DNA of 35,184 nucleotides. Origin: a virus. Both the position numbers and the translations under genes were made by a program. This document shows, one piece after another, positions 24,714 through 32,460 of the stretch. Position 1 is the stretch's first letter. Every line of letters begins with the position of its first letter. The stretch lies in IMG/VR virus record IMGVR_UViG_3300027860_000002; one strand, 5' to 3'. The notes below the pieces were generated by a model. The model saw only the letters and a program-made list of their open reading frames with translations. It had not been told where the DNA came from and searched no databases.

Positions 24714-24799
24714 ACTCATAGATAACAAGTCTCAATTAACTCAGAAGACGAACTCATGGTATAGACTGTATAAATTCAAGAACTCATGCTCATAGCTCA
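24714..24799 (-). repeat. TGAG(C/T/A) motif cluster, 7 copies in minus orientation, spanning the tnpB stop codon
   Basis: On the plus strand: ACTCA at 24714, 24739, 24752 and 24782; TCTCA at 24730; GCTCA at 24788 and 24795. CATGAGTTC occurs twice on the minus strand. Confidence 0.7.
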
Positions 24800-25899
24800 T
24801 AATGACTAGTCAACAAATTTCGGACGCGACTCGCATCGCTCTCGTGGCTCGCTCCAAGCCCGGCAATGAGTGTGTTTTTCGCCGTATTTACGTCGCGATC
24901 ATGAAGAGTTCCACAACTCACACAAACCCATTCCCTTACCTTCAGACAAGTCAATGATGCAGGACCCGAAGGTGATCTACATACCGAACATGTCACGGTG
25001 GAAATCATTGCATTATCTGTACCGGTTTTGCTTGCAAATTCTATATATTTTCTCTCATTATTCTCACTTTTATAACACATCATAAGGCGTAGCTGGTAGT
25101 TAGCAGAATCAGCAACCAAAAGGCCTAGATTACGAGCTCTTTGCTTGAGATCATCTTTATTAACTACTATCGTATCATACTGTTCTACTATTTTGCGAGA
25201 CAGCTTATGATTAGCATCCTTACGGCAATTGGCTATACGCTCATGGAGTCGAGCTACTAACTTTTTATTACCTCCACGCTGTGCCTGGGCCAATCTGTTA
25301 AGGTGTTTTTGTAACTGTGCTTCGCGCTGAATAATATCGCCATTTGATAATGCCATGCGACCATCAACGCTGAGCTGTATACCGATTAATTCACAGCCCT
25401 TATGAGCAATTCTGTTTGATTGAGCATCTATAAATAAACAAAGATAAAAACCCGAAGCACGCTTCACTAAACGAGCACACTTTACCTTACCTATAGGTAT
25501 TCGCTGCTTATGGTATTTTAATTTGCCCAAATAAGGCAATTCTACATAGGTGCGATTGATATGAGCTTCTTTTATTGGATCCGGAAATGAAATAGAAGTA
25601 AGTCTATTTCTTTGCCCCTTTAAGCGCGGCGCTCGAGCTAGCTTTTTAAAACAACGCTGCCATGTGGTATGTGCATCTTTGAGCATCGCTTGAATAGTGT
25701 GTGATGGCATACCTAATCGCTTATTATGACCAGCAAGAATATTAATAAACTCAAACTTATTGTAATAAATATGATCCGCAGCATCCTTCTCTATCTTCTT
25801 TATCGCCCAGTTCCATATGGACGTAAGAATAGGAAACCACTCATTGATCATAGTTTCTTGTTCGCGCTTAAGTTTAAGTTTTAACTGTACTTGTATCAA
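24790..25899 (-). CDS. tnpB: TnpB-like (IS200/IS605 OrfB-type) RuvC/zinc-finger protein, 369 aa, with a non-canonical RuvC-I motif
   Basis: N-terminal KLKLKREQETMINEWFPILTSIWNWA. C-terminal CSVC...CVSCGTLHDRDVNTAKN. The expected G-x-D-x-G motif reads GIQLS (Gln175, codon 25375-25377). TTG start. No tnpA nearby. Confidence 0.8.
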   Translation of the reverse strand: MIQVQLKLKLKREQETMINEWFPILTSIWNWAIKKIEKDAADHIYYNKFEFINILAGHNKRLGMPSHTIQAMLKDAHTTWQRCFKKLARAPRLKGQRNRLTSISFPDPIKEAHINRTYVELPYLGKLKYHKQRIPIGKVKCARLVKRASGFYLCLFIDAQSNRIAHKGCELIGIQLSVDGRMALSNGDIIQREAQLQKHLNRLAQAQRGGNKKLVARLHERIANCRKDANHKLSRKIVEQYDTIVVNKDDLKQRARNLGLLVADSANYQLRLMMCYKSENNERKYIEFASKTGTDNAMISTVTCSVCRSPSGPASLTCLKVREWVCVSCGTLHDRDVNTAKNTLIAGLGASHESDASRVRNLLTSHYEL

Positions 25900-25905
25900 A
25901 GAGGT

Positions 25906-26108
25906 TGAGCCTTTATATAAGAATAGGTGAGCCTGTGTTTACAAATAGTATGAGCCTTTATCGCGATTCTATGAGTATCTAGTATGACAATAATTCATTA
26001 AGCTATGAGCCTGTATGCTGAATTAGTATATTGAGCAACTATTTACAAAGGTTATGAGCTTTTCACTCTCATTGAGCCATCGTATATCTATAAGGTAGCT
26101 ATATGAGC
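25906..26108 (+). repeat. Array of 9 direct TGAGC motifs (one is TGAGT) at 18-34 bp spacing, between tnpB and TerL
   Basis: Motif starts at 25906, 25928, 25951, 25972, 26006, 26032, 26055, 26073 and 26104. Four copies extend to TGAGCCT(T/G)T. Confidence 0.85.
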
Positions 26109-26151
26109 AATGTTGGCATAAATATATCACGGCATATTGGCATGTCAATTA

Positions 26152-27507
26152 TTATTGTCTAAAAAATCCAGTAAACTGCTGATCTCCATAAGTAGCTTCA
26201 TGATATCTGCGCTCTAAATCTTCGGCTGATGTACCTTTTTGTGCGTGGCGTAATCCCATAGATAAATAACGAAAACTATCGGCAAAATGACTATATTGAT
26301 CGTGCACTGGTGAGCCCTTGTACACATTGTGCTTAGTATCGAACTCCTGTCTATAGTTCTCTAATGCTCGCACAAGTGGTCTTGTTGTAGCCTCATTAAA
26401 CCAACAACGTGGCAGTACACTACGAACCACTTCAATGCCATCAACGATGGGTATATTATCAACAACCGTGAAATTAACCCCTAGATCATATGCCTTAGCC
26501 CAACGGGTCATGCCTGATCCAAACTCCATTTGCTTCATATCGTGAGGAGCAAAATGCTTAGCATACGTATATGGCTGTGACTTTATAAAGTTGATGTAAT
26601 GCTCCAGTCCTTCTTTGTTCTTTTCGTAGACATTTAAAATACGAACCGTCTGGCCAATAACCTGGAACATAATAATCGAGGTACTGTCCCGTACACCTAT
26701 ATCCCAACTTGAATATACCGGATGGCTTGGCTCCCAAGGCACATCAGTTATCTGATTATTAAGCCGCAATCTATCTATATACTTCATATAGTATGAGCCC
26801 TGTATACCCATATCAAACGATGTATAGTACTCCTGCTTGGCAAGGTCCTCTGAGATTTCTCCTAGGGCTATTTCTTTTTGTATATCAAAGAGGGAAATGT
26901 GCTTAGTGCCTTCCACCGTAAGATGCGAACAAAACCACTCAGGAGACTCTTTGGCTACTTGATACATGGTGTAGAGATGGTTATGCCCGCGTGGTGTTGA
27001 TATAAACAAAGCCCAGGCATCGGCAGCTGTAAGAGCAGGCCTCAAGTATGAATAAGCCCGTGGATCTTGCAGGGCATACTCACTAAAAATAATTCCATTT
27101 GCACTTATTCCCATAAGCCTATCATATGAATCACTGCCAGCAAACTGGATTTGTGATCCGTTAATGAGCGTGATTTTCATCTCAGCTATGTTCTTTTTCT
27201 CTATAAGCTCTGCAGGTATATAATCCAAAAACTGCATACCATCAATAGTCATGCCTTCGAACACCGTTCTTCGGGCTTGTACGCCTGTTGGAAGCAAATA
27301 AAAATAATTTCCTATTTGTCTTAATGCTGCTCTGAGCATTATATTTAGGGCGCAAATGTCCTTGCCTGCTCTACGTGGCCAAATTGCCAATAATCGCTTC
27401 TTTTTATCTCTCTCTAATGCATTAATAAGAGGTATCTGAAACTCTCTTGGCTTAAATCTATCTAACTTAATACGCGCTTCTACATTCTCCGCAACATAGC
27501 CGCTTAT
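26152..27507 (-). CDS. terL: Terminase large subunit. Start codon unresolved
   Basis: Walker-A-like WPRRAGKD. The nuclease half contains ...SSWDIGVRDSTSIIMFQ.... The frame is open and terminase-like for 39 codons upstream of the first canonical start (TTG at 27390). Confidence 0.8.
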   Translation of the reverse strand: MSGYVAENVEARIKLDRFKPREFQIPLINALERDKKKRLLAIWPRRAGKDICALNIMLRAALRQIGNYFYLLPTGVQARRTVFEGMTIDGMQFLDYIPAELIEKKNIAEMKITLINGSQIQFAGSDSYDRLMGISANGIIFSEYALQDPRAYSYLRPALTAADAWALFISTPRGHNHLYTMYQVAKESPEWFCSHLTVEGTKHISLFDIQKEIALGEISEDLAKQEYYTSFDMGIQGSYYMKYIDRLRLNNQITDVPWEPSHPVYSSWDIGVRDSTSIIMFQVIGQTVRILNVYEKNKEGLEHYINFIKSQPYTYAKHFAPHDMKQMEFGSGMTRWAKAYDLGVNFTVVDNIPIVDGIEVVRSVLPRCWFNEATTRPLVRALENYRQEFDTKHNVYKGSPVHDQYSHFADSFRYLSMGLRHAQKGTSAEDLERRYHEATYGDQQFTGFFRQ

Positions 27508-27809
27508 TTAGCTTCCTTAGTATATCCCATTAAGTCGGGATGTACCTTTGATAACATTTCTAAATGAGCACATTCAACACATAGTCCTTTATTTTTCATA
27601 GATTCAAAATAACATTCTTCGTCGTCATTCATATATAGATTGCATTGCGAACATCTTTTAAATCGTGAAGGCTGTCCAGGCGTGTAGTAGTTATATCGAA
27701 TATTATTATCGTTATTTTTTTTCATTTTATTTAGATTCCCTATTAAGTACCGATTCTTGAAAGATATACCAACATATACCAGGATGATCTGTGCAATCAC
27801 ATGGTTCAA
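27504..27809 (-). CDS. Cys-rich zinc-ribbon-like protein. Start uncertain (TTG 27809 or ATG 27725)
   Basis: CSQCNLYMNDDEECYFESMKNKGLCVEC. Confidence 0.5.
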   Translation of the reverse strand: MNHVIAQIILVYVGISFKNRYLIGNLNKMKKNNDNNIRYNYYTPGQPSRFKRCSQCNLYMNDDEECYFESMKNKGLCVECAHLEMLSKVHPDLMGYTKEAK

Positions 27810-27988
27810 TCATCTGATATTCCAATAAAAACTTCATTGAGACCACTCCTTTTTGATGATAAGGTATAATAACAACGAAAACATCTTTCACTGCAAACGG
27901 GAAACAATAACTTTTCTGTAGATGGCATAGTTATTAATAACCCATATGACATTTCATAGCACATCAAACAATGCTTCATTTCTTCCAT
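27806..27988 (-). CDS. Cys-rich small protein (60 aa)
   Basis: HCLMCYEM...PVCSERCFRCY. TTGA-type overlap with the next gene. Confidence 0.5.
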   Translation of the reverse strand: MEEMKHCLMCYEMSYGLLITMPSTEKLLFPVCSERCFRCYYTLSSKRSGLNEVFIGISDD

Positions 27989-28440
27989 AATCCCGTCAAT
28001 CCTACCGCTATAGCATCTGTTATATCATCTCTAAGATCTGACTCTAAACCTTTGAACATATGCCATAATACTCTTGCCACTTGTTCTTTAGGAGCCCCAC
28101 CAAAAGTACATATAGCCTTCTTTACCTCAGTAGGAGAATATTCATACAGCACCAAATCGTTTTGCGACGCTAGCAGATAGAGTATTCCTCGCACATAGCA
28201 CAACTTCATAAAGGACTGTATGTTCTTACCCAAAAATGGCGTCTCGATGGCCATATGGGTTACTTCGTCGCTAAGTATCTTGGCAGCAAAGAACGTATGT
28301 ATCTCTTCTAAGCGGTCAGGAATGCTCGACTTAGGATTAAGTTTAAGACACCCATATTGTAATAGCTTAGGCTTCTTTGGGTCAGTTAACAATGAAAAGC
28401 CCAAGTACTGAGTTCCTGGGTCTATACCTAGTAAGATCAT
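27976..28440 (-). CDS. ruvC: RuvC-type Holliday junction resolvase (154 aa)
   Basis: MILLGIDPGTQYLGFSLL, HMAIETPF and DDITDAIAVGL match the RuvC catalytic motifs. Confidence 0.85.
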   Translation of the reverse strand: MILLGIDPGTQYLGFSLLTDPKKPKLLQYGCLKLNPKSSIPDRLEEIHTFFAAKILSDEVTHMAIETPFLGKNIQSFMKLCYVRGILYLLASQNDLVLYEYSPTEVKKAICTFGGAPKEQVARVLWHMFKGLESDLRDDITDAIAVGLTGLWKK

Positions 28441-28494
28441 TATTCAATCACCAGCTGTGCTAACTGATCATCGTGTGGCACATAAATAGGCTGC

Positions 28495-28743
28495 TTAGTC
28501 GATCTGTTCACAGTTGCCCAATACAAGTTTAATTGTTAATGGCTGTTCACCTTCTACATGTACCCTGCAACTACCAAATATCATCTTGAGCGTTGCTATC
28601 ATGCGCTTGGCAAGTTGCTGCCGCTCTTCTTCACTTAAGCTTTCTATATACTCTTCTCGTTCATTATCAAACATGTCAAAAAGATCATGGAGTTCTTGTA
28701 TATGCTCATAGGTCATCTCTTCGTCACTCATCTGGAGTTGCAT
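28495..28743 (-). CDS. Acidic hypothetical protein (82 aa)
   Basis: ORF track. Confidence 0.5.
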   Translation of the reverse strand: MQLQMSDEEMTYEHIQELHDLFDMFDNEREEYIESLSEEERQQLAKRMIATLKMIFGSCRVHVEGEQPLTIKLVLGNCEQID

Positions 28744-29410
28744 ACTTATCCTTCTTTTTGGCTACGATCACCTCAGTAGAGCCCTCAGCCACCGTATTAT
28801 AATAACTAGGAGTCTCTACCATAACCACACTTGGTCTGCCTGCAGCCGCCACTTTCTCTTTAAGACTCGCCTGCCACTCAACATGCCTACGCATCTCAGC
28901 GCTGTACAAAGGAGCGGTCCAGCGAACTAGACCTGAATCATATTTCTTGGTCAAGCCGCCATATTCTCTACGCATAGCTATTATCATTTTTGCATATTCA
29001 ATAAATTCTACCCAAAAAGGATACTTTTTAAACTCTGTCTCTATAATGCGAGGCGTTATACGTTCGCGAACATAGAACTGCTGCAGAGTAAGAGCATCAT
29101 CATTTTCCTCAAAATACTTATATCCTTCCTCGGTGAGGCGCCGCACTACCTTCTCCATCATAGGCATAAATGCATGCACATATTCCTCATTGATGAGCAA
29201 CTTCTCCGTAATATGCTTTTTATTTTTGGATAGAGTAGTATTAGTTGGTTTTTCGCTAGAATCAAGGATGTACTGCTTCTTTGAGTAAGTTACGGTAGAT
29301 TTTCCCTCAGTCGCACCGGTCGGATGAGCATCTTTCGTGGCTTGGCGTAGACCGCTGGCAAGCTGTTCTGGGCTAGGCCGTTTAACAACTTTTTTCTTCG
29401 TTTTTACCAA
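28724..29410 (-). CDS. Possible terminase small subunit / DNA-binding packaging protein (228 aa)
   Basis: TTG start follows GGAGAG. Basic N-terminus. LTLQQFYVRERITPRIIETEFKKYPFWVEFIEYAKMIIAMRREYGGL resembles small-terminase layouts from memory. Lies upstream of TerL. Confidence 0.35.
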   Translation of the reverse strand: MVKTKKKVVKRPSPEQLASGLRQATKDAHPTGATEGKSTVTYSKKQYILDSSEKPTNTTLSKNKKHITEKLLINEEYVHAFMPMMEKVVRRLTEEGYKYFEENDDALTLQQFYVRERITPRIIETEFKKYPFWVEFIEYAKMIIAMRREYGGLTKKYDSGLVRWTAPLYSAEMRRHVEWQASLKEKVAAAGRPSVVMVETPSYYNTVAEGSTEVIVAKKKDKYATPDE

Positions 29411-29440
29411 GTATTCTCTCCTCTACTGGTATAGAACTAA

Positions 29441-29569
29441 TTACTTCGCCTTATAATAGCAAACCAGTGAAATAATAACGAGTGCCCCAGCAACAACAAA
29501 GATCGCCATACAACCACCGAATCCCTTACAAATAGAGAATGGCTCGCCAGAATGAAATTGTGTTAGCAT
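29441..29569 (-). CDS. Possible small membrane protein (42 aa)
   Basis: MLTQFHSGEPFSICKGFGGCMAIFVVAGALVIISLVCYYKAK. Below the ORF-track cutoff. Confidence 0.35.
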   Translation of the reverse strand: MLTQFHSGEPFSICKGFGGCMAIFVVAGALVIISLVCYYKAK

Positions 29570-29588
29570 AAGCAAATTTGCTAGCATC

Positions 29589-30932
29589 CTACAGGCCTAA
29601 TCGCTGCTTTAACTTAGCTCTTCGCTCGTCGACTGACATTTCTGAACAGGGCGCTACACTCATCGTGGTGAGTGTTTTCATAAGTTGATCGACGCATTCT
29701 TGTTTGACCCGTAGTCGCTCCGCTTCTTGCTCAGGAGTTTCATGGTCCATCCATGATCTTGCTGCTTTGAGAGTATCGCTTGTTGTATCTCTTTGAGGTT
29801 TATAACTAACGTTACGGGAAGGACGCTGGGCATAGTACGACGATGAAGCATACCCCGTTTGTTGTGGGTATCTTCGCTGTTGAGCTTCGTGAAACGTATT
29901 CTCCATAGCACCATTGCTTATGAGTTTCTTCATGGTATCAAAACCTGCTGCGGCAAGAGCAGGCGAAGCACCTCCGCTTACTTCTTTGGCAGGAGCAGCA
30001 TCACGCATACGCTTTCCTTCAACGTAGACACTTGGAGCAAACTTTATTTCTATACCAGTCTGCTCAGCTATCTGGTGGGAATAAGCGAAGGTAACTTCTT
30101 TGCCCTGTTCTGCACAGAGGTTATTGCAAAAGGCTACTATCCACGGATAAGGTTTATGTATCGGCACCTTAGAGCTTTTTAAAGCCGTCAGCGAAGCATC
30201 AAGCACCGCATCAGGATAGGAAGAGAGCCATATACAACCCGATGGAGTGAGCGATAAAGCCTCTCTCAAGGCCTTAACAGAGGGAGATAGGAAGTGATCT
30301 AGCAACGAAGGGTCTGCTTTCATACGTTCTCCTAGGTTTTGTTGATAGAAAAGACGGCGTGCGATGCATTCTTCTCTTGTTTTGGTATTTTCTGAAGACT
30401 TAGCTGTATAATTAATATTATTATACATATCTCTTAGTTTATCTTGTACGCCATCTGCCGACGCAGAGCAGCTATTGGTGTCATACATGGCGAGAAGTAG
30501 TGCTAGGGGGAGATACCAACAAGATGGCATAAGTGATGCTAGCTTCTTCCTGAAATTAACATCTTGGAAAATGGGATGAAGGTAATAGTTGCATGTACGT
30601 TCTTTATAGGTTCCTTTTACAAATCTACGTACTTTGCGAATAATGCCCATACCTTCAAGATCCTGAAGGATGCGATGGGCTTGGCGTAGTGACATGTCTG
30701 CCTTATCGGCAATAGTTTTCTGGGCAGCATACAAACTATCATATACATTGCCATAGCCAATCAGTGTATTAAGTACACGAATACGGCCCTTATTGTGACT
30801 ATTAGAAAAGTATTCTATGGGATTTGCAAGCCATTTGGCGGCGTTTTGATTAGACAGGAACACAAGCTGAAAATATTTGTTCTTTTCTTTTTGCTTGCGT
30901 TGTCGGGATTTGTTTGGTAGATTTGTATTCAT
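29589..30932 (-). CDS. Replication initiator-like protein with a winged-helix segment (447 aa from ATG 30932)
   Basis: GAAGG RBS before ATG 30932. MSLRQAHRILQDLEGMGIIRKVRR. Lies next to the divergent control region. Confidence 0.4.
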   Translation of the reverse strand: MNTNLPNKSRQRKQKEKNKYFQLVFLSNQNAAKWLANPIEYFSNSHNKGRIRVLNTLIGYGNVYDSLYAAQKTIADKADMSLRQAHRILQDLEGMGIIRKVRRFVKGTYKERTCNYYLHPIFQDVNFRKKLASLMPSCWYLPLALLLAMYDTNSCSASADGVQDKLRDMYNNINYTAKSSENTKTREECIARRLFYQQNLGERMKADPSLLDHFLSPSVKALREALSLTPSGCIWLSSYPDAVLDASLTALKSSKVPIHKPYPWIVAFCNNLCAEQGKEVTFAYSHQIAEQTGIEIKFAPSVYVEGKRMRDAAPAKEVSGGASPALAAAGFDTMKKLISNGAMENTFHEAQQRRYPQQTGYASSSYYAQRPSRNVSYKPQRDTTSDTLKAARSWMDHETPEQEAERLRVKQECVDQLMKTLTTMSVAPCSEMSVDERRAKLKQRLGL

Positions 30933-31268
30933 ATAAACCTTCGTGATGGGTTTGTTAGGATTAATCGACGGTCCAGTCTTGGCGGAGTAGACGATCGAAA
31001 TAATCAAAAACACAATAAATTTCAACTAATTGAGATGCATCCTGCATCTTTTTTTTTCTTATAGATTACCAGTTGAAGAGAAAATAGCTAGTACTAGATA
31101 CTGGCTATTTTTTTTACCGATACATTTAGTCTGTCGCGGCACTACGGCCTACGCACATCTAAAACATATCCATAAACGAGAATATCCACAACTTACTTTT
31201 CTAAGCATCATCATTTTTGCAGCAATTATTAAAGTTTTGTTTAATAATTGACCATTAAGGCTTGCGCT

Positions 31269-31304
31269 ATTAAAGAGATCTTTAATTTGCAACGGTTGTT
31301 GCAA
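31269..31304. promoter_or_regulatory. Two abutting palindromes, candidate operators
   Basis: ATTAAAGA-GA-TCTTTAAT (31269-31286) is directly followed by TTGCAAC-GGTT-GTTGCAA (31287-31304). Confidence 0.55.
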
Positions 31305-31375
31305 CATTCATCTCGTGACGTTTTGTCCCACCTTGAGCCCATACCATACCTTATCAAACTATGCCAAGAATATAC

Positions 31376-31404
31376 TTGACATTCAACATATTCAAGTATA
31401 TTCT
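31376..31404 (+). promoter_or_regulatory. Sigma70-type early promoter
   Basis: TTGACA at 31376-31381, a 17-nt spacer, then TATTCT (or 15 nt then TATATT). About 50 nt upstream of the first plus-strand gene. Confidence 0.55.
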
Positions 31405-31453
31405 GGTAGTAGATGAAAAACGCGACAGAGGTGTCGCATACAGAAGGGCGTCT

Positions 31454-31681
31454 ATGGAAATCAAGAACAGCTGCATCAATTGCAGGGAGTCATATGTTAA
31501 TAGGTCGTGCTACAGGCTTAATCCAGAAGTGTGTTCTATGGAGTGCGCGTGGACGGTGGAGGCATTTTGGTGTTTGGACTGTGCTGATGGCGAGCATCAT
31601 TATGGTTGCTTTCAGTGCTTTGATGCATCACGTGGAAATGCAGGAGCAGCACTTACCAAGGCAGCATTCTATGACCAATAA
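31454..31681 (+). CDS. Cys-rich small protein (75 aa)
   Basis: GAAGGG RBS. MEIKNSCINCRESYVNRSCYRLNPEVCSMECAW...CLDCADGEHHYGCFQC. Confidence 0.5.
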   Translation: MEIKNSCINCRESYVNRSCYRLNPEVCSMECAWTVEAFWCLDCADGEHHYGCFQCFDASRGNAGAALTKAAFYDQ

Positions 31682-31943
31682 CAACACATGGCTTAATCTA
31701 GCCAACCAACTATCACAAACAATAGCACAACGCAAAAAATACGAGTTGGAAGAAGAAAATATCAAGGCACAACTAAAACTACTCCAGGACAATAAATCGT
31801 TTGAATGCGGTAGGTTTTCATTCGTGTGTGAAACTCGTAAGGGAACAGTGCAGTATGCAAAGATACCTGAGTTGGCTACTGTAGATCTTGAGCAATATAG
31901 AAGTAGTGAAATAGAAACCTGGCGCTTTAAGGTGCTGTATTAG
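31671..31943 (+). CDS. Hypothetical protein (90 aa)
   Basis: ATG 31671 overlaps the preceding stop. Only the C-terminal part of the 31413 ORF looks protein-like (MTNNNTWLNLANQL...GRFSFVCETRKGTVQYAKIPEL). Confidence 0.5.
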   Translation: MTNNNTWLNLANQLSQTIAQRKKYELEEENIKAQLKLLQDNKSFECGRFSFVCETRKGTVQYAKIPELATVDLEQYRSSEIETWRFKVLY

Positions 31944-31951
31944 GAGAAGAC

Positions 31952-32164
31952 GTGAATGAAGACGGCATAATATCACTAGAAAAAGAACTTAAAAGAGAAA
32001 GAAAAAGATTAGATAGGATTGCAAAAAGCTTCATAACAGTCATGGAAAATCTCAAAATGGCAAAACTCCATGTTGAAGAAGCATTAAAGGCTCATGAGCA
32101 ATGTTTAGGACAAATACAACATCTCGAATGGAAAATAGCATGCGAAAAAAGAATACATCAATGA
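31952..32164 (+). CDS. Coiled-coil small protein (70 aa)
   Basis: GGAG precedes the GTG start. Heptad-like charged sequence. Confidence 0.5.
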   Translation: MNEDGIISLEKELKRERKRLDRIAKSFITVMENLKMAKLHVEEALKAHEQCLGQIQHLEWKIACEKRIHQ

Positions 32165-32232
32165 TCCCCTGCGGTGTATGCGAAGAATGCGAAATGGTCT
32201 GTATCTATAATAGATTATGTGATTGCCATTAG
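32161..32232 (+). CDS. Possible 23-aa Cys-rich peptide
   Basis: ATGA overlap with the upstream stop. Product MIPCGVCEECEMVCIYNRLCDCH. Confidence 0.3.
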   Translation: MIPCGVCEECEMVCIYNRLCDCH

Positions 32233-32238
32233 GAGAAT

Positions 32239-32460
32239 ATGAAGAAAACAGTAAACCTCTATATGGACACATCCCTTATAGACAACCTCAAAGATATAGC
32301 ATACCGGGACCGCGTAGCTTTTAGTCATATTATTGAAATAGCATTTAGAACTTATCTCCAAAATGACTATATTAAGAACGGTGTTTGTCCACAACGTGAA
32401 AAAGATATGCCAGGGAGACCAGTATATGGTAGAAGAAAGCCGCAAGGCCAACCAGAATAA
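32239..32460 (+). CDS. Ribbon-helix-helix protein (73 aa)
   Basis: AGGAG RBS. KKTVNLYMDTSLIDNLKDIAYRDRVAFSHIIEIAFRTYL. Confidence 0.55.
   Translation: MKKTVNLYMDTSLIDNLKDIAYRDRVAFSHIIEIAFRTYLQNDYIKNGVCPQREKDMPGRPVYGRRKPQGQPE

Noticed and set aside
25896-25905. TTGAT at the tnpB start as an IS605-type target-adjacent motif marking the left end
   Set aside because: It is a single pentamer that coincides with the TTG start codon. I could find no subterminal hairpins or matching right end, so it is treated as coincidence.
25906-26108. TGAGC array as a CRISPR array
   Set aside because: The repeat unit is 5-11 bp rather than 24-48 bp. The spacers are irregular (18-34 bp), and no cas genes or leader are present.
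27495-27512. Programmed -1 frameshift joining ORF 27504-27809 to TerL
   Set aside because: The TerL frame has a TAA at 27508-27510, so slippage could only occur on the final AAA-UAA. There is no slippery heptamer. The upstream protein is an unrelated zinc-ribbon type.
31030-31251. 73-aa plus-strand ORF in the divergent intergenic region
   Set aside because: It has no RBS, runs through two hairpin/T-run elements, and its composition is typical of non-coding AT-rich DNA.
31361-31670. Long N-terminal extensions of the two overlapping plus-strand ORFs (31361 and 31413 starts)
   Set aside because: The extensions cover the promoter itself (TTGACA at 31376). The 31413 frame looks non-protein-like until Met at 31671. 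The shorter starts, at 31454 (with a GAAGGG RBS) and at 31671 (overlapping the preceding stop), fit better.
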